A stretch of DNA of 64,000 nt from Clostridia bacterium (GCA_017550315.1 JAFZPN010000167.1:2018-66017), one strand, 5' to 3'. Counted from the stretch's first letter, positions 16,740 through 25,938 are shown. Notes: a model not told the origin generated them from the letters alone. A program made the numbers and translations.

Positions 16740-17491
16740 AACAGGATCGGAAATTCGATTCGCACATCGCGGAGCACGCGCACGACGTGAAGATCGCGAA
16801 GCTGCGCCTCGGTATGTATATCATCGGCGGGATCTTCCTCTTCGTCCTCGCCGTCGCGGCCTTCGCGGTCTCGCTGGCCGACGGCGTGAAGGCGAATCTT
16901 CCGGAACGGACGGAGGAGATCACCGTCAACGGATCCGCGCCCGTCGAAGATCACGCGGAATTCTTCGGCATCCCGGACGAGCCTGCCGAGGGTGTCGGGC
17001 GGGAGGAAAAAACATGCGCCGTCACCCGCGCGGCATCGGGGATCTCCGCCGACCGGCTCGACTACACAGACGGCGTGATCTGGGGATGGGACGGGCGGTA
17101 CTGCGAGCTGTGGGAAATGGATCTCTTCGCGCGGATCATGTACCTCGAATTCTGGGGGACGTCCCCGGAATGCTGCGAGGCAGGCGTCGACTCCGTTCTC
17201 CGGATGCTCGAGAGCGGGTACTTCGGGGACAGCCTCGGCGCAGTGCTCTCCGCGCGGTGCGAGACGGGTGCGCTCGTCTATTCCACCTACGCCTATGTAT
17301 GGGAATGGGAATACGACACCCAGGGCCTCGCGGATATGCGTGCGCTGTGCGAGGAGCGCTTCGCGACGGGCCCCGTGTGGATCGCGCCTTTCTTCCAGCT
17401 GTATTATTATCCCTCCTGGGCGGTGCCCTGCTATCAGCTCGACGGCGTGTATTTCTCGACGAGCCCGTGGATTATGGGAGGCGCGAAATGA
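16736..17491 (+). CDS. membrane-anchored protein, possible SleB-like cell-wall-hydrolase-related domain
   Basis: ATGA overlap. One TM helix (YIIGGIFLFVLAVAAFAV). ARIMYLEFWG...AGVDSVLRMLESGYF weakly resembles Hydrolase_2. Confidence 0.4.
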   Translation: MKQDRKFDSHIAEHAHDVKIAKLRLGMYIIGGIFLFVLAVAAFAVSLADGVKANLPERTEEITVNGSAPVEDHAEFFGIPDEPAEGVGREEKTCAVTRAASGISADRLDYTDGVIWGWDGRYCELWEMDLFARIMYLEFWGTSPECCEAGVDSVLRMLESGYFGDSLGAVLSARCETGALVYSTYAYVWEWEYDTQGLADMRALCEERFATGPVWIAPFFQLYYYPSWAVPCYQLDGVYFSTSPWIMGGAK

Positions 17492-18066
17492 GCGAGAAGC
17501 CGATTCTGTTCAACACCGAAATGGTCCGCGCGATCCTCGACGGTCGGAAAACACAGACGCGCAGGATTATAAAAAAGCCACCAGGAGAAGGAAGCATCGT
17601 AGCATACAACAGGTACTATAACATTCTGATCGTTAATAATATTCCGGACTTCTCGGCTCCGATCGAGGAAGGCGACGTTTTGTGGGTCCGTGAAACGTGG
17701 GCCGCTTGGTCAAGAACATACGGATCGTTCCCGAAGGTCATATACAAAGCGGACGAGAATCCACGAAATATCAGCGATATCGAATGGCGTCCATCAATAC
17801 ACATGCCGAGGGATTTGGCGCGAATTTTCCTCCGGGTGACAGGCGTTCGGGCGGAACGATTACAGAAAATTTCGGGGTCTGACTGTGTCGCGGAAGGCTG
17901 TGACGCCGAAATGCTCTCCGAGGTCGGCGAAGAGTTTACGAGAGGCGTGTTTCATGGAATATGGGACAGCACGATCAAGAAAAAGGATTTGCCGCGCTGC
18001 GGATGGGACGCGAATCCGTGGGTGTGGGTGTATGAATTTGAAAGGATAGAGGGAGGAGCGAAATGA
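17488..18066 (+). CDS. ASCH/PUA-like phage protein
   Basis: ATGA overlap. ILFNTEMVRAILDGRKTQTRR, WVRETW and NPWVWVYEFE motifs recur in phage ASCH-like proteins. Confidence 0.5.
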   Translation: MSEKPILFNTEMVRAILDGRKTQTRRIIKKPPGEGSIVAYNRYYNILIVNNIPDFSAPIEEGDVLWVRETWAAWSRTYGSFPKVIYKADENPRNISDIEWRPSIHMPRDLARIFLRVTGVRAERLQKISGSDCVAEGCDAEMLSEVGEEFTRGVFHGIWDSTIKKKDLPRCGWDANPWVWVYEFERIEGGAK

Positions 18067-18401
18067 ACGCACCGAACCGCGAAAAAATCATGAAGGCGCT
18101 CGCGTGCCACGCAGACACGTCAAAAGGGTGCGCCGAGGAGTGCCAGTACATTAAGGTAAGAACCCCCGGCGTTTTATGCAGCGAAGCCCTCGCCCGCGAC
18201 GCGCTCAAGCTGATCGAGACGCTGATCGAAGAAAACAAGGGAATGAGGCTTTTGATTGAATGGGCGGAGGAGTGCGACTTCGGCTATGACAACATTCCGG
18301 AAGAATACGAGAAATACAAGGGAATCGTGGAAAATATGGGCTATATAGAAGGATTGATATATATAGGCATACAAGAAGCGAAGGAGGCCGCCGATGCGTA
18401 A
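18063..18401 (+). CDS. hypothetical early protein
   Basis: ATGA overlap with the upstream gene. Confidence 0.5.
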   Translation: MNAPNREKIMKALACHADTSKGCAEECQYIKVRTPGVLCSEALARDALKLIETLIEENKGMRLLIEWAEECDFGYDNIPEEYEKYKGIVENMGYIEGLIYIGIQEAKEAADA

Positions 18402-18771
18402 CCGTCAGAAACAGCGCGCGCTTCGCCGGGCCGGGATCCGGCGGGAAGACGAGCTCGGGCCGAAAAACGCCGAGGAATACTTCGACCCGGTCCCGGCTGC
18501 CGCTGTCCGGGAGATCAAAAAAGAGAAGGAGGAGAGGGCGCGCGAGTATGCGCAGAAGCTCGAAATGCCGGAAAAAGAAAAATGCCCGATGAGGCACGAA
18601 AACGGGAACTGCCTCACGATGGGCGGTTTCTGCACTTCGGTGAATCAAGAAATCTGCGCCGCGCTCCGCCGGGCATATATCGCGGGACGTTTCGACTTGC
18701 TGTTGAGCGAAATTAACAAGAAGATCTTAGCCTTGCAGGAAAACGAAAAGACAGAGAAGGAGAAGGCATGA
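18394..18771 (+). CDS. hypothetical early protein (charged, coiled-coil-like)
   Basis: Overlaps the upstream stop by 8 nt. Same strand as the chain. Confidence 0.45.
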   Translation: MRNRQKQRALRRAGIRREDELGPKNAEEYFDPVPAAAVREIKKEKEERAREYAQKLEMPEKEKCPMRHENGNCLTMGGFCTSVNQEICAALRRAYIAGRFDLLLSEINKKILALQENEKTEKEKA

Positions 18772-19088
18772 CAACGATTCAATGGCTTGTTTACGGCGCA
18801 GCGATGGCGATCGTGTTTCTTCTGGGCGTCGGACTCGGCGAAGAAATAAAAGACGGCGAGGTCGAAAAATGGAAAAGATTCGCGATCGAACGCATGAATC
18901 GGCAGGACGCAGCGAACAAGGATTTCGAGCGCGATCAATACGCGAACACGGCCACCATGATCGAGGAAAGCGGAAAGAAAATCATGTACGAAGGCGCCGC
19001 GGTCACGGGAACGGCGACACGTTTATGGGCTGACGATCGAGTGGTATGCGAAATCAGGGAGGAGAAACATGAAAAAAATGATTTGTGA
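18768..19088 (+). CDS. small membrane protein
   Basis: ATGA overlap. N-terminal TM helix WLVYGAAMAIVFLLGVGLG. Confidence 0.5.
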   Translation: MTTIQWLVYGAAMAIVFLLGVGLGEEIKDGEVEKWKRFAIERMNRQDAANKDFERDQYANTATMIEESGKKIMYEGAAVTGTATRLWADDRVVCEIREEKHEKNDL

Positions 19089-19266
19089 ACGATGCGGGGA
19101 AGAGTATGAGCCCTTGCCGGATTATGCGCAGGACCCGGCGTTCGGGTATCGGGTGATGTACTACCGGGGGCTTACGTTCCGGCATGTGGGTCTGTGCGAG
19201 AAGTGTCAGAAGGATCTCGACCGCTGGCTGAAGGAGAAGACGAAAAGGGAGGGGGAGGCGGAGTGA
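19069..19266 (+). CDS. small zinc-ribbon protein
   Basis: RBS GGGAGGAG. CERCG...CEKC motifs. Confidence 0.5.
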   Translation: MKKMICERCGEEYEPLPDYAQDPAFGYRVMYYRGLTFRHVGLCEKCQKDLDRWLKEKTKREGEAE

Positions 19267-19472
19267 AACAAAATCACCGTTTTATTTTCCGATTCGACGG
19301 CGAGCTCGGGCAGGTGATCCGCGCGTGCAGGCCGGGGGACGCCGAACGGTACGCACGGCAGCTCGCGCGGGCGATCGCCGAGAAATACACAGCAGCCGAC
19401 GTCGTGTGCGTATGGCACGGACCGGCGGAAAGCAAACTCCCGAAAAAACTCCTTGCGGAAGCGTCGGCCTGA
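19263..19472 (+). CDS. hypothetical protein (GTG start)
   Basis: GTGA overlap after GGGGGAGG. Weak call. Confidence 0.35.
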   Translation: MKQNHRFIFRFDGELGQVIRACRPGDAERYARQLARAIAEKYTAADVVCVWHGPAESKLPKKLLAEASA

Positions 19473-19581
19473 TCCGGCGCTCCTATCTCCCGATCTGGCG
19501 ATGGGTGCGGGATTATTGCTTGTCCGCGGCTCCGGGTCCGATTCCCGGACGGGAGAACATAAAACGAAAGGGGAAAATATC

Positions 19582-20127
19582 ATGGTAAAGAAACCGGAGA
19601 TCGGGATGAGATGCGCCGTCGCGGAGTCCGACCGCGTGGATTCCCGATACTGGAACCTCATCGGCACTGTCACGGACGTCGATATGGCGCGGATGACGGT
19701 GCGGCTGTGCATTCCGCGCGGGAACACGGACGGCCTGACGGTATGGCTCCACGCAGACGATCTTCTCCCGGTTGACGATGCCGGGCACATCATCCGGAGC
19801 GCGACGGTGGACGAGGAGGGGGCACGGCCCATCGAGGCGAACGTCCGCGAGGATCCGCCGGTCGCCGTGCCGGGGTTCATCACCGTGACGGCGTCGCCGA
19901 AGTCCTTCATGCTCACTTTCGGGGAGGAAAAGAACGTCCGCGAGATGATCGACATCCGCGACATCCTCTGCGTGATCGAGCAGGATGATGATCACGCAAT
20001 GATCATCCGGAGATCGGACCAGGACAAAGCACAGATGGTACTGCCGCTCGTCACCGTCGAGGACTTCGACGAGGTCGCGCGCAGAATGCGGAGGGCGACG
20101 GAACATGCGGAAGATCATCGCGATTGA
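19582..20127 (+). CDS. hypothetical early protein
   Basis: ATG 19582 after AAAGGGGAAAA. The upstream part of ORF 19453..20127 has no RBS. Confidence 0.5.
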   Translation: MVKKPEIGMRCAVAESDRVDSRYWNLIGTVTDVDMARMTVRLCIPRGNTDGLTVWLHADDLLPVDDAGHIIRSATVDEEGARPIEANVREDPPVAVPGFITVTASPKSFMLTFGEEKNVREMIDIRDILCVIEQDDDHAMIIRRSDQDKAQMVLPLVTVEDFDEVARRMRRATEHAEDHRD

Positions 20128-20476
20128 CTTCGACGGCACCCTCTGCGAGAACGCATGGCCGAAGATCGGAGCGGCGCACGAAGACGTCATCGCGTTCGCA
20201 AAATACGAGCGGCAAAACGGTGCGGCGCTGATCCTGTGGACCTGCCGCTGCGGGGAGCTGCTCGATGCGGCGGTCGCATGGTGCCGGGAGCGCGGTCTCG
20301 AATTCGATGCCGTAAACGAAAACCTCCCGGAGAGGGTCGCCCAGTATGGCGGGACCGAAAGCCGAAAAGTGTCGGCGGACGAATACTGGGAGGACCTGGG
20401 ACTCGATCACTGGACGCTTCGTGTCCGGTGGAACATCGTGCAGAACAGAATTAAAAAGAAAAAACGAAAGGAGTGA
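20105..20476 (+). CDS. HAD-superfamily phosphatase/nucleotidase-like protein
   Basis: N-terminal IAIDFDGTL is HAD motif I (DxDGT). Confidence 0.6.
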   Translation: MRKIIAIDFDGTLCENAWPKIGAAHEDVIAFAKYERQNGAALILWTCRCGELLDAAVAWCRERGLEFDAVNENLPERVAQYGGTESRKVSADEYWEDLGLDHWTLRVRWNIVQNRIKKKKRKE

Positions 20477-20481
20477 GGCAC

Positions 20482-20859
20482 ATGACACGCGACGAAGTCG
20501 TCGAGGCCTGGGAGCGCGGGTGTCCGGTCGTCAACACCGACGGCATCAACGGGGATCTGCTCTATCTGCGGATCTCCGCGCTGATCTACCGACGGGCGTC
20601 GACGGAGCAGCTCAACCGGGGGTACCCGGAGAAATACCTGCAGGTGGAGCTCGAGCCCATGAGCGGCGCGAACTCCGTGACGATCACGATCCCGGCGGCG
20701 CTCCGGATGCCGACGCCGGAGGAGATGGCCGCGCCGCGGATGTACCCGGAAAGGCCCGAAAGCCCGGCGGCGTATAAAAAGCCCGTGCCGCGGATGTACG
20801 CGACGCCGGAGGCGCGGAAGAAAATCATGTCCGCGGAAGAGCAGGCGTTCGCGCTATGA
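20482..20859 (+). CDS. hypothetical early protein
   Basis: ATG 20482 lies 9 nt after AAAGGAG. Confidence 0.45.
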   Translation: MTRDEVVEAWERGCPVVNTDGINGDLLYLRISALIYRRASTEQLNRGYPEKYLQVELEPMSGANSVTITIPAALRMPTPEEMAAPRMYPERPESPAAYKKPVPRMYATPEARKKIMSAEEQAFAL

Positions 20860-20871
20860 TAGGAGGAAAGA

Positions 20872-21192
20872 ATGAGATACGAATTTCACGACACGTGTCC
20901 GTACTGCGGGCAAACGCTCATCGACTACAAAAGCGACGCGCGCGATCTGTGCGGATGCATGGCGGCGAAGAAATGGCGGAACATGCAGGAAGCCATCGCG
21001 GAAATCCGAGAGGAAGGCGTCGCGATGGATCCACTCGACGAAGACACGGTGGACATGCTGTGCAACATGGCGCACCTCATCGCGGGCGGCCAGGTGGACA
21101 GCGCGCAGCTCTCACTCGAGGACGGTTCAAAGGTAACGCTCGGCATGAAGGTCGCGCGGACTGCGAAGATCAAGCGAGAAAAGGCCGTATAA
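20872..21192 (+). CDS. hypothetical Cys-containing protein
   Basis: RBS TAGGAGGAAAG. CPYCG...CGC. Confidence 0.5.
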   Translation: MRYEFHDTCPYCGQTLIDYKSDARDLCGCMAAKKWRNMQEAIAEIREEGVAMDPLDEDTVDMLCNMAHLIAGGQVDSAQLSLEDGSKVTLGMKVARTAKIKREKAV

Positions 21193-21293
21193 AGAAGAGG
21201 AAAGAAACCGATGCCGGAGGCGAAACAACCGCCTCCGGTTGACCTTGTAAGACAGACTTAACAATAGCGACATGGAGACAGGGAGAAACGACG

Positions 21294-22142
21294 ATGCAGT
21301 GCAAATACCGGGAAAAGGCTTTCGTGTGCGGGGACATGCTCTTCGTCTCCGTCATCCCGACATGGAGACAGACCGGGCGGCGGCGCGGGAGATTCCGTCC
21401 GACATCGGAGGATCAAAAGCGGCTGAACGAGAAGTACTCCATGCTCCGCCTACAAATGCTTGTGCATGAAAATTTCGATCGGAATGACTACCGGCTCGAT
21501 CTGACGTACAGCGACCGCTATCTTCCCGCCGACGAAGAGCAATTCAAACGGGATTGCAGGAACTTCGCGGCGAAGATGCGGCGGTATTATGCGAGAGAAG
21601 GCGTAGAGCTGCGGTATATCATTTTCCCGGCGTATTCGGAAAGCGGTAGGCCGCATGTGCATTTTTTTATCAAGGGCGGCGTGAACTTTGCCGAACTCGC
21701 GGAGCTTTGGGGGATGGGACGTGTATCATGGTGTCCGCTCGAATTCGATGAGTGTGGCGTGATCGATCTGTCGTTTTATTACGGCTCACAGAAGAAGGCG
21801 GGCAAGACGGACACGATCCACGAGCGCGCGAAGGGCCAGCGGCGGTGGAGCGGATCGCGGAATCTGCGCAAGCCGGTCGAGAGGACGGACGTGCACACCT
21901 ATGCGCGGCATGAGCTTGAAATGCTGGCTGACGCGGGAACGGTGAAGCGGCACACGTTTTTCTCGCTTGCCTATCCGGGCTACTGGCTTTCGGAACAGCC
22001 GCGGCTCCGGTTCAACGACGTCAACAAGGCGTGGTACATGGACGCGGTGCTTTATCGTCCGGACAGCCAGAACCTCGCTACATACGCGCGGCGTGACGAC
22101 GATGCAATACGCGGAAGGAGGCGGAAGCGTGCGGAAGCATAG
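21294..22142 (+). CDS. HUH-type rolling-circle replication initiator-like protein
   Basis: RPHVHFFIKG gives the HUH motif (H-V-H). Downstream FYYGSQKKAGK and QRRWSGSRNL resemble the Tyr motif and R-x-F/W-S-x-S-R-x-L block of phage/plasmid RCR Reps. Confidence 0.5.
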   Translation: MQCKYREKAFVCGDMLFVSVIPTWRQTGRRRGRFRPTSEDQKRLNEKYSMLRLQMLVHENFDRNDYRLDLTYSDRYLPADEEQFKRDCRNFAAKMRRYYAREGVELRYIIFPAYSESGRPHVHFFIKGGVNFAELAELWGMGRVSWCPLEFDECGVIDLSFYYGSQKKAGKTDTIHERAKGQRRWSGSRNLRKPVERTDVHTYARHELEMLADAGTVKRHTFFSLAYPGYWLSEQPRLRFNDVNKAWYMDAVLYRPDSQNLATYARRDDDAIRGRRRKRAEA

Positions 22143-22146
22143 GGAT

Positions 22147-22488
22147 ATGATCCAGGCGACGGAGGCGTTCCGGAAATGGGCGCGTGCCGGGTGTCCTGGG
22201 CTGGAAGAGATCAAGAGACGCGGAGGATCGTCGGCGCGTGAGCTGCTGGCGTGTGCCGCGGCCTTTGACGTTCTCCGGAGGGAAAGCCATGGCCGAGAGA
22301 TCGAGGAGGCGGTGCGCGCGGTGTACATGCAGGAGCCGGGCCGACCGCTGCGTCGAGCCGAGGTGACGATGCGCGCGCGGCGTTTCGCGGCAGAGCATTA
22401 CGTTTCGGAGCGCACGGTTTATTACTGGCTGGCGCGTGCGCGCAAATTGTGGTGTTTGTTATCCGGCCGGGGCGACGATTTGCAGTAG
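22147..22488 (+). CDS. putative late-gene transcriptional regulator (sigma region-4-like HTH)
   Basis: C-terminal AAEHYVSERTVYYWLARARKLW resembles a sigma-70 region 4 / ArpU-RinA-type HTH. Sits just upstream of the packaging genes. Start is uncertain. Confidence 0.4.
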   Translation: MIQATEAFRKWARAGCPGLEEIKRRGGSSARELLACAAAFDVLRRESHGREIEEAVRAVYMQEPGRPLRRAEVTMRARRFAAEHYVSERTVYYWLARARKLWCLLSGRGDDLQ

Positions 22489-22541
22489 TAGACGGGCTGT
22501 TTGTGATAAGATAAGGCAAAAGGAAAACGGGAGGGGCGAAC

Positions 22542-22820
22542 GTGGCGCAGGATTTCGCGGCGGCGTTTTACAAGTCGAAGGCGTGGCGGGAATTCCGCGC
22601 GGCGTACTTTGCCCGCGTGCTTCTCTGTGAGCGGTGCGGACGGCCGGGGAAGATCCTGCATCACAAGATCCTCTTAACGCCAGAGAACATCGTGAACCCG
22701 TTGATCACGCTGAACCCGGAGAACGTCGAGCTTTTGTGCAAGGACTGCCATGAGGCAGAGCATCACGCGCACTTCGACGCCGACGGACATCCGGTACCGG
22801 AAAATTATTGGCGGGGGTGA
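22542..22820 (+). CDS. HNH endonuclease (packaging-associated)
   Basis: CERCG...HHK...N...LCKDCHEAEHH is an HNH/zinc finger. GTG start after GGGAGGGG. Immediately upstream of the terminase. Confidence 0.8.
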   Translation: MAQDFAAAFYKSKAWREFRAAYFARVLLCERCGRPGKILHHKILLTPENIVNPLITLNPENVELLCKDCHEAEHHAHFDADGHPVPENYWRG

Positions 22821-22968
22821 TCCCCCCCGTCAAACGGATATTTTATGGGGTGTGGAGAACCGGCAGAGGGGACCTCCAAAAAATGCGCAGATCGCGGACA
22901 TAACCCCCCCGGGAAAAGACGTTTATAAAATCATAAAGAAGGGAGCCGCGGAAAAGGGCGAAAAAAGC

Positions 22969-23340
22969 ATGAAAAACGCATGGAAAGAACGCACAGAAAG
23001 CCAGCAGAAAAAAGCGATTTCCGCCGAGATCAAGAGACTTGCGGCGCTCTTCGACGGACTTGAGGGGAAGAAGAAGGAGGTCGCGGACGGCCTGATCGAA
23101 GAGGCGGCTTTCATGCGCGTCCAGCTTGAAGAACTCAAGGCGAAGCTGCTGAAATATGGCTTCCTGGACGAAATGCCGCAGGGGAAATACACGATCACGC
23201 GCGAATCTCCATACAGCCGCGCCTATAACTCCATGATCCAGCGGTACACGACCGCGCTTGGCAAGCTCGCGGAGCTGCTCCCGAAGGAAGTCGCGGCGGA
23301 GGTGGACGATGGCTTCGACGACTTCCTCGAAACCCGCTGA
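22969..23340 (+). CDS. terminase small subunit (P27 family-like)
   Basis: Position, size (123 aa) and LIEEAAFMRVQLEELKAKL...ESPYSRAYNSMIQRY pattern. Confidence 0.7.
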   Translation: MKNAWKERTESQQKKAISAEIKRLAALFDGLEGKKKEVADGLIEEAAFMRVQLEELKAKLLKYGFLDEMPQGKYTITRESPYSRAYNSMIQRYTTALGKLAELLPKEVAAEVDDGFDDFLETR

Positions 23341-25042
23341 AAACCCGATCCTCGCGTACTGGGCGGAAATCTCCGCAGGGCGGGAAACCGTCGGAAAAAA
23401 AGTGCGCGCGGTTTACAGAAAGCTGGCGGACGACGTCGAGCATCCGGGACGATGGTTTTATTCCCAGGAAAGGGCCGAGCACGTGCTCCGTTTCGCTGAG
23501 GAATACTGCCACCACTCGAAGGGAAAGTACGGCGGGAAGAAGGTGCGCCTCGAACTCTGGGAGAGGGCCGCGCTGGCTGCCGTTTTCGGATTCATCGACG
23601 ACGAAGGGATCCGGAAGTATCAGGTATTCGCGCTTTTCGTCGGGAAGAAAAACGGGAAGTCGCTTCTCTCGTCGATCATCGGGAATTATATGCTGTTCGC
23701 GGACGGAGAAGCCGGTCCGGAAGTGTACGCCGTCGCGACGAAACGCGATCAGGCAAAAATTATCTGGGAAGAAGCGCGGCGCATGGTCCGCAAGTCCCCC
23801 GCCCTGCTCCGGCGTGCCCGCACCCTGGTCGCGGAGATCCTCACGGACTTCAACAACGGAAAATTTAAACCTCTCGCGTCGGACAAGGACACCCTCGACG
23901 GCCTCAACGTGAGCTGTGCGCTCATGGACGAGATCCATCAATGGAAAGCGGGCCGCGATCTGTACGACGTCATCGCGGACGGCGTCGCAGCCAGAGAGCA
24001 GCCGCTCATCGTCATCACGACGACGGCGGGTACCATCCGCGGCGACATTTACGACGAGAAGTACGAGGAATTCACACGGATCATCGAGGGGTATGAGAAC
24101 GGGAAGTACACGGACGATCGGGTGCTCCCGATCCTCTATGAGCTTGACAGCAGAAACGAGTGGAGCGATCCGGCGTGCTGGAAAAAAGCAAATCCGGGGC
24201 TCGGCACGATCAAAAATCTTGCAACGCTGGCCGAGAAGGTGGAGCGGTGCAAGGAAAACCCGCGGCTTTTGAAGAATGTTCTGTGCAAGGAATTCAACAT
24301 CCCGGAGACGACGTCGGAGTCCTGGCTGACCTTTGAGGAAATCAGAAACCGGGAGACATTCCGGATCCCGGACAAGCACGCGGAAAACTGGATCGGGCCG
24401 GAGGACGCCGAGACCATCCTCCGTCCGCGGTACGCGATCGGCGGCGTCGACCTGTCATCCACGACGGACCTGACCGCGGCGAAGATCATCTTCCAGGTCC
24501 CGGAAAGCGACAAGATCTTCGTGCACTCCATGTACTGGCTGCCGGAAGACAACCTCGAGCGGCGCGTGAAGGAAGACAAGATCCCCTATGACTTCTGGCA
24601 TGAGCGCGGGCTCGTCCGGCTGTCCCGCGGGAACAAGATCGATCCGCACGACGTGACGCTATGGTTCCGCGAACTTTGGGAGCAATACGACATCTTCCTC
24701 TATGCGATCGGATATGACGAGTGGGGCGCGGAAATGTGGGCATCGGAAATGCGGCAGACGTTCGGAGCGGACACGATGATCCCGGTCCGGCAGGGCGTGA
24801 AGACGCTTTCGGCACCCATGAAAGCGCTCGGCGCGGATCTGGCATCGCACCGGATCGTCTATAACGACAACCCAGTCGACGAGTGGTGCCTCGCCAACAC
24901 GACCTACGAAGAAGACAAAAACGGCAACATACAGCCAAAGAAAACGAACAACCCCCGCAGGCGCATAGACGGCGCGGCGGCTCTTCTGGACGCCTACACG
25001 GTTTTGTCCCAGAAGGAGGACGAATACAAAAACATTATTTGA
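23309..25042 (+). CDS. terminase large subunit
   Basis: Start at ATG 23309 after GGAGGTGG. Walker A-like FVGKKNGKS, ALMDEIH (Walker B) and the C-terminal nuclease region. Confidence 0.85.
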   Translation: MASTTSSKPAENPILAYWAEISAGRETVGKKVRAVYRKLADDVEHPGRWFYSQERAEHVLRFAEEYCHHSKGKYGGKKVRLELWERAALAAVFGFIDDEGIRKYQVFALFVGKKNGKSLLSSIIGNYMLFADGEAGPEVYAVATKRDQAKIIWEEARRMVRKSPALLRRARTLVAEILTDFNNGKFKPLASDKDTLDGLNVSCALMDEIHQWKAGRDLYDVIADGVAAREQPLIVITTTAGTIRGDIYDEKYEEFTRIIEGYENGKYTDDRVLPILYELDSRNEWSDPACWKKANPGLGTIKNLATLAEKVERCKENPRLLKNVLCKEFNIPETTSESWLTFEEIRNRETFRIPDKHAENWIGPEDAETILRPRYAIGGVDLSSTTDLTAAKIIFQVPESDKIFVHSMYWLPEDNLERRVKEDKIPYDFWHERGLVRLSRGNKIDPHDVTLWFRELWEQYDIFLYAIGYDEWGAEMWASEMRQTFGADTMIPVRQGVKTLSAPMKALGADLASHRIVYNDNPVDEWCLANTTYEEDKNGNIQPKKTNNPRRRIDGAAALLDAYTVLSQKEDEYKNII

Positions 25043-25079
25043 CGCTACGGCGGGCGGGTTGGAGGGAAAATATTCGGAC

Positions 25080-25937
25080 ATGAACGAACAGATGGAGCTT
25101 TTCCCGGGGAGCGAATACGCGGCCTTCGTGGACAAGTTCAAACCCAAAAAGACGACGGACGACTGCTACACGCCGGAGGCGGTGTACGAAGCGGTCGCGG
25201 ATTTTGTTGTAAATAGATACGGCATCGACCGATCGCGTTTTGTACGCCCGTTTTGGCCGGGCGGCGATTTTGAACGGTATGATTATAAACCGGGAGACGT
25301 CGTCGTAGACAATCCGCCGTTTTCGATTTTCAGCGCGATCACATGGTTTTATCAGGGAAAGGGGATCGACTTCTTCCTCTTCGGGCCGACATTGACGCTG
25401 TTCTCGGCTGCTCCGGAATGCTGTGTGCTTCCGACGGGCGTCGGGATCATTTACGAGAACGGAGCGGATATAAACACGTCATTTGCGACCTCTCTCGAGC
25501 CGGGACTTCGGATCGCGACACGGCCGGAACTGTTCCAGGCGGTCGACAAGGCAAACCGCGAGGAACAGGCGAGAAGAGTGAAGAGCGTGCCGAAATATGA
25601 ATACCCGGACAGCGTCATCACCGCGGCGCGCGCTTATCAGTATGCCCAGCACGGCGTCACGTTTGAGGTGCCGACGAAAGAGTGCGTCAAGGTCAGAAAA
25701 CTTGATGCGCAGGACGCCTACGGGAAAGCGATTTTCGGCGCGGGGTATCTCCTTTCGGAGCGCTGCACGAAACTGAAAGCGGCAGCGGAAAAAGCGGCAG
25801 CGGAAAAAGCGGCAGCGGAAAAAGCGGCAGCGGAAAAAGCGGCAGCGGAAAAAGCGGCAGCGGAAAAAGCGGCAGCGGTACGCTGGAAACTCAGCGACCG
25901 CGAAGAGCAGATCCGGGCATTGCTTTCGGAGGAATAA
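25080..25937 (+). CDS. EcoRI-methylase-like N6-adenine DNA methyltransferase with C-terminal (AAAEK)n repeat
   Basis: DDCYTPEAVYEAV and VVVDNPPFSIF (motif IV DPPF) followed by FFLFGP, as in EcoRI-type adenine MTases. Start is ambiguous (TTG 25059 / ATG 25080). Confidence 0.6.
   Translation: MNEQMELFPGSEYAAFVDKFKPKKTTDDCYTPEAVYEAVADFVVNRYGIDRSRFVRPFWPGGDFERYDYKPGDVVVDNPPFSIFSAITWFYQGKGIDFFLFGPTLTLFSAAPECCVLPTGVGIIYENGADINTSFATSLEPGLRIATRPELFQAVDKANREEQARRVKSVPKYEYPDSVITAARAYQYAQHGVTFEVPTKECVKVRKLDAQDAYGKAIFGAGYLLSERCTKLKAAAEKAAAEKAAAEKAAAEKAAAEKAAAEKAAAVRWKLSDREEQIRALLSEE
25776..25878 (+). repeat. perfect 15-bp tandem repeat, about 6.9 copies
   Basis: AAAGCGGCAGCGGAA repeated head to tail. 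Encodes (AAAEK)6 within the methyltransferase C-terminus. Confidence 0.95.
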
Positions 25938-25938
25938 A

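Noticed and set aside
25776-25878. Possible CRISPR-like array
   Set aside because: The units are contiguous 15-bp repeats with no spacers and lie in-frame inside a coding sequence. This is a tandem repeat, not CRISPR.
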